Shown here piece after piece: positions 58,328-64,000 of a DNA stretch of 64,000 nt. Position numbers and translations under genes: made by a program. Numbering within the stretch: the stretch's first letter is position 1; every line of letters begins with the position of its first letter. Source of the stretch: a virus. The notes below the pieces were generated by a model. That model saw nothing but the letters and a program-made list of their open reading frames with translations, was not told the origin of the DNA and did not search any database. The DNA is taken from positions 32,001-96,000 of the IMG/VR virus record IMGVR_UViG_3300048837_000975. One strand, given 5' to 3'.

Positions 58328-59049
58328 TGTTGTACGCGGAAGAAGTTGAAGTTCCGGATCTTGGAGCGGACGCTCCAAAGAAACCTCCGTTTTGGCAGTC
58401 AGGCGGCTTTCAGTGGCAGGGGTTCGTTCGTCCGGAAGCTGCTCCATGGGGCGACTTTCGGCGCGCGTACGCTTCTCCTCGTGAGAGCACGTGCCCAAGC
58501 TGTGTAGGTACTCCGGTTGGCCTTTCCGGAACGGAAGCTTGCCAGGTGATGCCTCTCGCGGCCTCGTCGCGGACTGGCCGCTGGGCGGAGATGACGGCTA
58601 AGTTCGGTTGCCCGGTGCGACTGTACCCGTTTTGGTTTTGGCCCAAGTCGCCAGTTACCGGAGCCTTCGGGTACGGATGGTTCAAGTACATTCCGTTCAT
58701 TCACGGTGAGAAAGATATGCGCGCACGGGATGCCTGGTCCAAGGCTCACCCGAGCGACTACATGACTCCTCCTTACATGGAGGACTTCGGATCTGACTCG
58801 AAGCCGGCCGCTCCAGTTAAGCCCGCGGATCCTGCGATTCAGGCAAGCACGGCGCCTACGGCTACGGTAAACGTGATTCCGCCTCCTCCTGTTACGTCAA
58901 ACCTTGCTAAGAAAGCAGAAGAAGAGCTTCTGATCCAAAGCACCATTGATGCTAGCAAGAAGAAGAAGGAGCAGCAGCTAGTTGCGGCTCTTGCTATCGG
59001 AGCGGTCGCGCTGATCTGGTGGACGCGCAAGAATAAGAAGCGCAAGTAA
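58327..59049 (+). CDS. putative virion membrane protein
   Basis: C-terminal TM followed by RKNKKRK. Confidence 0.65.
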   Translation: MLYAEEVEVPDLGADAPKKPPFWQSGGFQWQGFVRPEAAPWGDFRRAYASPRESTCPSCVGTPVGLSGTEACQVMPLAASSRTGRWAEMTAKFGCPVRLYPFWFWPKSPVTGAFGYGWFKYIPFIHGEKDMRARDAWSKAHPSDYMTPPYMEDFGSDSKPAAPVKPADPAIQASTAPTATVNVIPPPPVTSNLAKKAEEELLIQSTIDASKKKKEQQLVAALAIGAVALIWWTRKNKKRK

Positions 59050-59080
59050 ACAGTCCTCCCTCACGGTACGCCCGTGAGCC

Positions 59081-59109
59081 GCCCCGGGTTAACAGCCCGG
59101 GGCTTTTTT
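59081..59109 (+). terminator. intrinsic terminator
   Basis: GCCCCGGG...CCCGGGGC followed by TTTTTT. Confidence 0.85.
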
Positions 59110-59171
59110 ATGCTGTTATTGTAACTCAGAAATGTGTTGACCGGATCCGAACGGTGCGCTAGTCTCTCGGC

Positions 59172-59759
59172 ATGGCTGAAGAAACTAGCAAGAAGACTGC
59201 GTCGCCGACCGTGTTCATGCGCGGCGGCTCAACTACATCAACCTGGGCTCAGCAGAAGGCTGACGACCAGATGCGCGTTGAGACCGCGAAACGTCGAGCG
59301 GCCGCTGACAAGATGAAGAAGGTTGCGAAGGAGCAACCGCGTAACGCGAAGTTGTTCTCGTATAAGATGGGAACAGCCGACAGCAATGCGAGCATTGTGC
59401 TCTCTGTGCAGGGAAAGGACTCCACCTCTCAGGAGTTTGAGACCTGTGAGCTGAACTTGGTGGATCTTCCTTCTGGCGGAAACGAGATGACCCTGACCCT
59501 CGTTTGCCCAGTTTGCGCGATCACCAACAACAAAGGACATGCGGCGTCACAAATGACGTTGCACAGCTCATCGCGAGCTTTCACACTCGATACTCGTACA
59601 CCTTCAGAAGGTGGAGTGGCCGGTACGCTGTGGGTCAACCCGAACGATTCCTCTGACGTTGTTCACCTGGCTGGCCAGATCAACATGCACGGCCCAGCTA
59701 GGTGTCCGGTGTGTTCTTGGCAGTTTATCATCGAAAACAATGTGCTGCGACGGTACTAA
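59172..59759 (+). CDS. zinc-binding hypothetical protein
   Basis: two CPVC motifs; promoter TTGACC-N17-TAGTCT-N6-ATG. Confidence 0.7.
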   Translation: MAEETSKKTASPTVFMRGGSTTSTWAQQKADDQMRVETAKRRAAADKMKKVAKEQPRNAKLFSYKMGTADSNASIVLSVQGKDSTSQEFETCELNLVDLPSGGNEMTLTLVCPVCAITNNKGHAASQMTLHSSSRAFTLDTRTPSEGGVAGTLWVNPNDSSDVVHLAGQINMHGPARCPVCSWQFIIENNVLRRY

Positions 59760-59762
59760 TAA

Positions 59763-61109
59763 ATGACTACACCCGATCAACTGCATAGCTTTGCTGGCGC
59801 TCCGACTCCAATCGAGGACGGTGAAAACGTTGCAATCTGCGCTCAGGGAGAACCGGCGAAGTACATTACCGGAATCGAGTACCGTGGGCCTCACGAGACC
59901 GTTGCCGACGGAACGAACCGTGCCGTCAGACTTAACGCTCGAGCCTTAGCTTCTGCTGGACTTCCTTTACTTCTTACTTCCTTCGCCCATATCGTTGTCG
60001 ACGAGAGCGGAATCTGTCACCGGGTATTCGATGTAGGTCTTCCGGAGGACGTTGAGAACGAGGTTGGACCGCTTCGGCGCACCAGCATCGGAACCGTTTC
60101 TGCGCGAATTCTTCACATGGTGGTGACGAGCGCAGATCATCTTCGTCGCAGCGTTCTGCCTCGAAGCTATGCTCTCATGGAGCTGGACGAGGTTGAACAG
60201 CTTCTGGCGACGACTGTTGTGTATTCCGTATGGGAACGTGATCGAATCGACCGAGAGATCGTGGAGATCATGAACCGTTGCGGGCAGCAGTGGGTTCCGT
60301 GTGAGCAGAACAAGCAGATGCTTGTCGACAGCGGGGTGATCGAGTCCAAGGTGAAGGTTGTTCCTCACCCGTTCGATCCTGAAAGCAAGATCGCGAAGCT
60401 CACCAAGCGACCCGTCGGCTACAAGCCTCCAGGTGGCGCCACGAAGCGCTTTTACAGCATTGGGCACTGGCAGCCGCGAAAGGGCTACCACGAGCTTATC
60501 GGGGCGTTTCTCCAGGCGTACGGGCCAAACGATGACGCTACGCTGACGCTCAAGATCAATGGGCACTCCTGGCCGGACTATCCGAATCCTGAGGAGTCCG
60601 TGTCTCAGTGGCTTCAGGACTCTGCGGTAAAGCGCAACGGGTGGGACTCTGCGTCGCTTGATAAGCGAGTCACGCTGATCCGAAAGCGAATCTCAGAAGA
60701 TCAGATCGTGAAGCTGCACTTTGAGAATAACATCTATGTTTCTGCCTCTCGAGGCGAAGCGTGGAATCTCGGAGCTTGGGATGCCAAGATCGCCGGAAAC
60801 GTAATGGTCCATGTACCTTACGGCGGAACGGCTGATTTTGAGGACATGTCTCGAGATCTGATTGTCCCGTATCACATGTCTCCTGTGCACTCGAGCTATC
60901 GCTGGGAACCTGGCGCTCAGTGGGCGGATTTCGACCAGCAAGACTTGGTTGAGGCTTTGCGCGATGCACAGCCGGCACCGTTCGTGCGAACCGACAAGTT
61001 CAACCGATTCACCATTGAGTCTGTTGGAAAAGAGATGAGAGCAAACTTGCTTAACATGCTTGAACTTACATTTCCGCAAGCTTGGGAGTATCTGAATGCG
61101 CAACGTTGA
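59763..61109 (+). CDS. GT-B (family 4-like) glycosyltransferase
   Basis: VVPH.FD; IGHWQPRKG...LI.AF; YVSASRGEAWNL...DA. Confidence 0.85.
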   Translation: MTTPDQLHSFAGAPTPIEDGENVAICAQGEPAKYITGIEYRGPHETVADGTNRAVRLNARALASAGLPLLLTSFAHIVVDESGICHRVFDVGLPEDVENEVGPLRRTSIGTVSARILHMVVTSADHLRRSVLPRSYALMELDEVEQLLATTVVYSVWERDRIDREIVEIMNRCGQQWVPCEQNKQMLVDSGVIESKVKVVPHPFDPESKIAKLTKRPVGYKPPGGATKRFYSIGHWQPRKGYHELIGAFLQAYGPNDDATLTLKINGHSWPDYPNPEESVSQWLQDSAVKRNGWDSASLDKRVTLIRKRISEDQIVKLHFENNIYVSASRGEAWNLGAWDAKIAGNVMVHVPYGGTADFEDMSRDLIVPYHMSPVHSSYRWEPGAQWADFDQQDLVEALRDAQPAPFVRTDKFNRFTIESVGKEMRANLLNMLELTFPQAWEYLNAQR

Positions 61110-61560
61110 TTGGGTTCTTAGCGAAGATGAGGCACAGGATCTGAACGAGGACGAGGACCAAGATCCAAGTCGTCTCACAGAGACCATGGCTGCGCTAGAA
61201 GGAGAGTCCTTCGGCGTGGCGTTCGCGGATGAGCAGTCACACTCATCCGGAGACCGAGGTGTAGAGATCGGTTGTGCTCTGATGTGGAACTGGAAGCTTG
61301 CGACCGGAATTCTGTTCGTCCAGGTCACAATTTCCGCTCCTGACACCGATACTACGGATGTGATCTGGAAGACCTTCTGTGCCTCTCTGCCTGACGATCA
61401 GGTCGTCTCCGTGTGCGAGTCGAACCACTTTGACATGTTCTTTGTTGCGGGAAACCTGAAGACTCGCCGATCTGCGGTTCGGTGGGCGGCCCACATGGCT
61501 CACGACGTAAACAAGGCTGCAGAGGAATCTCTTTCCATGATTCCGCGGGGGACGGCATGA
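61096..61560 (+). CDS. hypothetical protein
   Basis: ORF in operon. Confidence 0.5.
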   Translation: MRNVDWVLSEDEAQDLNEDEDQDPSRLTETMAALEGESFGVAFADEQSHSSGDRGVEIGCALMWNWKLATGILFVQVTISAPDTDTTDVIWKTFCASLPDDQVVSVCESNHFDMFFVAGNLKTRRSAVRWAAHMAHDVNKAAEESLSMIPRGTA

Positions 61561-61898
61561 CCAAGCAGGAGGAATTGGCTGATCACATTCAGAACATCTT
61601 CCCTGTTCTGAAGAAGTTGGTGATGGCTACTCCGGAGATTCCTGTAAAGGAAGCTCTTGCTGTGGCGATTCAGAACAAGGGCGAATACTCGATCTTGTAC
61701 CACGACTTCTATGAGATCATGAGTGAGTTCGAGGTTCTGAATGAGCAGCACCCGAGCAAGGAACTTGAGCTCATGATCGATGCTTGTGATCAGATCAAGA
61801 GCAAGACTGATGCCACGCTGCTACGAATCATTGTCGTAGCGGAAAGTGGATCATCGTACTGTGGAAGAGTCCAAATCTGGAACAACCCAGTCTGCTGA
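61557..61898 (+). CDS. hypothetical protein
   Basis: ATGA overlap at 61557. Confidence 0.55.
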   Translation: MTKQEELADHIQNIFPVLKKLVMATPEIPVKEALAVAIQNKGEYSILYHDFYEIMSEFEVLNEQHPSKELELMIDACDQIKSKTDATLLRIIVVAESGSSYCGRVQIWNNPVC

Positions 61899-61918
61899 TC
61901 GTGTGACGGGGGATTCAA

Positions 61919-62989
61919 ATGGCAAGAGTTTACGGAGTTACGGGAACTTACACGAGCCACGCAGCTGTAACGCGTGGAATGGTCGCGGGGCTGAAGGCTA
62001 ACGACTGCTTCTCTGGGTTGTATTCCTTGAATGAGGAATGGGATCCCGATGTTGATGAGCCGCGCACCGGCTTTGATGCGTCAGTGGCAGTCTTCACTGG
62101 CAGCTTGGATCAGACGGCAAAGATGAAGCAGTGGGGCAAGCACGAGCACCGTCTTGCGATGGTTGCTCCGAATAGCTCCGCTCTTCCGAAGCGCCTCATG
62201 GTCTCCCTCGAGCACACATGCACAGGACTGCTGGCTCCGAGCGGCTGGGCAGCGTCTGTGATTCGAGCTCACACCTCGCTTCCTGTGCTTACCGTACCTC
62301 ACGGCCTTGATGAGGAGTTTGCTCCCGATCCGGAGGCCAACCTGCGGGATGCGTTTACGGCTCTGCATTTCTCAACGTCAGACAGGTCCAGGAAGGGAAC
62401 CGATCAGCTTGTTCAGGCGTGGTCGTACCTGAAGGATGCTGGAAAGCTTCCTGAGAGCGCGAACCTGAAGTTGATTCTCAACGATCATGTTCTGTGCGCC
62501 AACGAGAAGAAGTACAACGGGTGCAAGCGCTGGGGAATCGACCTGGTTGAGCGCCCTGGCGGTGGAAACGGTTTCTCGCCGGAGCAGATGGCTTTCGTTC
62601 TGCAGCACTCCCACCTTGTGATTCAACCTTCTCGCGGCGAGGGCTTCGGAATGGTGCCGTTGCAGGCGCTGGCTTGCGGAACCCCGATCGTGGCAACGGA
62701 TTGCACCGGGCAGGGCGAATACCTTGTTATGCGATCTCTGCAAGACGGTTTTGTGAAGGTAGAAACCGGCAAGAACGAGCCGATTGACGATCTTCCCGAC
62801 GAGGGATCTCTGGCTCCCTCTCTGTCGTGGGAAAGCGTTGCGGAGTCGATTGCTCTGGCTTATGATGTGTGGCCGCTGCTGAAGCAGGCTGCGATGGAGC
62901 GGGCTGTGGACGTTTGCCAGGAATGGTCCTGGAAGCGACAAACCCGTGAGTTTGCTGAACGAATCAAGAACGGATTTTCTTATGAGTAA
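61919..62989 (+). CDS. GT-B (family 4) glycosyltransferase
   Basis: VPHGLD; RKG.D.L..AW; PSRGEGFGMVPLQALACGTPIVAT. Confidence 0.9.
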   Translation: MARVYGVTGTYTSHAAVTRGMVAGLKANDCFSGLYSLNEEWDPDVDEPRTGFDASVAVFTGSLDQTAKMKQWGKHEHRLAMVAPNSSALPKRLMVSLEHTCTGLLAPSGWAASVIRAHTSLPVLTVPHGLDEEFAPDPEANLRDAFTALHFSTSDRSRKGTDQLVQAWSYLKDAGKLPESANLKLILNDHVLCANEKKYNGCKRWGIDLVERPGGGNGFSPEQMAFVLQHSHLVIQPSRGEGFGMVPLQALACGTPIVATDCTGQGEYLVMRSLQDGFVKVETGKNEPIDDLPDEGSLAPSLSWESVAESIALAYDVWPLLKQAAMERAVDVCQEWSWKRQTREFAERIKNGFSYE

Positions 62990-63404
62990 TGCGATGACAC
63001 CCGAGCTGAATGCCGAAGTGAAGCCCTCTCCAGCTGTGGAGCGATTGGCCGAGTTCTTTATGGTTCCGGTCGTTGTGCAGCTGAAGCACGCGATCTATCA
63101 GGCCGCTCCTGTTCTCGAAAAGGGATATGTTCCCACGAGCTCCGGACAAGCGCTGTGCTATCCGGGAATCGACACGACCGACGATGGTAATTATATCGCG
63201 TCTGATGTGATCGCTCCGGCGATCCTGAAGCCCGAGCATACCGGAACCTGCGTTCGCATTCTTCAGGAGTACAAGAAAGCCGGCGTCACTGTAGCTGTCA
63301 CGGAGACCGTTGTTGCGGCCGAGGACATTGCTGCGGTCACTCTGATTTGGTCCAACGGAAAGCAGCCGGCTCCTCAGAAGCCGAGCATCATCCTCACGAA
63401 GTAA
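62982..63404 (+). CDS. hypothetical protein
   Basis: ORF overlapping the glycosyltransferase stop. Confidence 0.55.
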   Translation: MSNAMTPELNAEVKPSPAVERLAEFFMVPVVVQLKHAIYQAAPVLEKGYVPTSSGQALCYPGIDTTDDGNYIASDVIAPAILKPEHTGTCVRILQEYKKAGVTVAVTETVVAAEDIAAVTLIWSNGKQPAPQKPSIILTK

Positions 63405-64000
63405 CATGACAATTCTACAAGCTTCCGCCGTCGGGCTTCTCTTCTCAGCGTGGATCGTTAAGTTCATGGCTCTCGTGCTGCTCCTGTCCGGAGAGCGCGT
63501 TGGAGCATGGTTTGCGCTGTGTGCCGCAATCGTTATGGTAGTAGCGTGCGTGTCTATTTGCATATACGATCTTAAGATCAATGCGACTTCCCAAGACTGA
63601 CGAAACCAGAGCAAGGATCCAGCTCTTTGTTCGACTGAACCCTGGTTGCATTATCGCTGATGTGATTCAGGATCTTCGCGACGCGGATCTCTTCTTCTGG
63701 AAGAACGCCAAGCAGGCGAGACTCAGTATCCGTCACATGATCAAGAAGAAGCTGATTGACGTGGTTGGCGTTAACCGCAGGCATCTGCTACTGTTTCCTG
63801 GCGACAAGCGATCTTCACTTCGCAAGGTGGAGCGGCAGTTGCTTGCGGTGGTGAAAGAAACGCCTGGAATACCGATCAAGACTGCTGTAAGCAAGATCGA
63901 GTGGAAAGGAACTTGGCGCAGTTACGAGAGCGCTATCTGCTCCGTTGACTATCTTGTTCGCAACGGAAGTATTCCGGTGTACTCGAAGATTGCAGGAACT

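Noticed and set aside
1-64000. tRNA, rRNA, integrase, cas1/cas2, reverse transcriptase, terminase and packaging ATPase
   Set aside because: None recognised by eye in this window; absence is not established without profile searches

Overview
This 64-kb window is viral. A left arm (1-12.2 kb, minus strand) holds recombination and replication accessories (RecT, YqaJ exonuclease, beta clamp, VRR-NUC, GIY-YIG). A strand switch with a 24-bp CG palindrome lies at about 12.3-13.1 kb. The plus-strand arm carries SSB, DnaB, a solo TnpB, proteases, an IbrAB pair and GT4 glycosyltransferases, plus a long structural module (33.7-59 kb). That module has many C-terminally membrane-anchored proteins, LysM and lytic transglycosylase proteins, a histone-like protein and three beta-rich capsid-like genes. 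No tail, portal or terminase gene is recognisable here, so it resembles a tailless membrane-containing virus (inference). A CasPhi/Cas12j gene (50642-52945, RuvC D/E/D intact, no cas1/cas2) sits inside the capsid cluster. It is flanked downstream by a normal 36-bp-repeat array and upstream by a mini-array of five truncated repeats. The key observation is that all five mini-array guides match the adjacent putative major capsid gene of this same genome: two perfectly (33/33 and 27/27 nt) and three over 17-20 nt with one synonymous mismatch each. Four of the five have a TBN PAM, and four form two back-to-back pairs with an identical 13-bp gap. The last guide of the main array matches a third capsid-like gene. 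A solitary repeat with its own promoter lies 29 kb away at 21602. All calls were made by eye from motifs; no database search was run.
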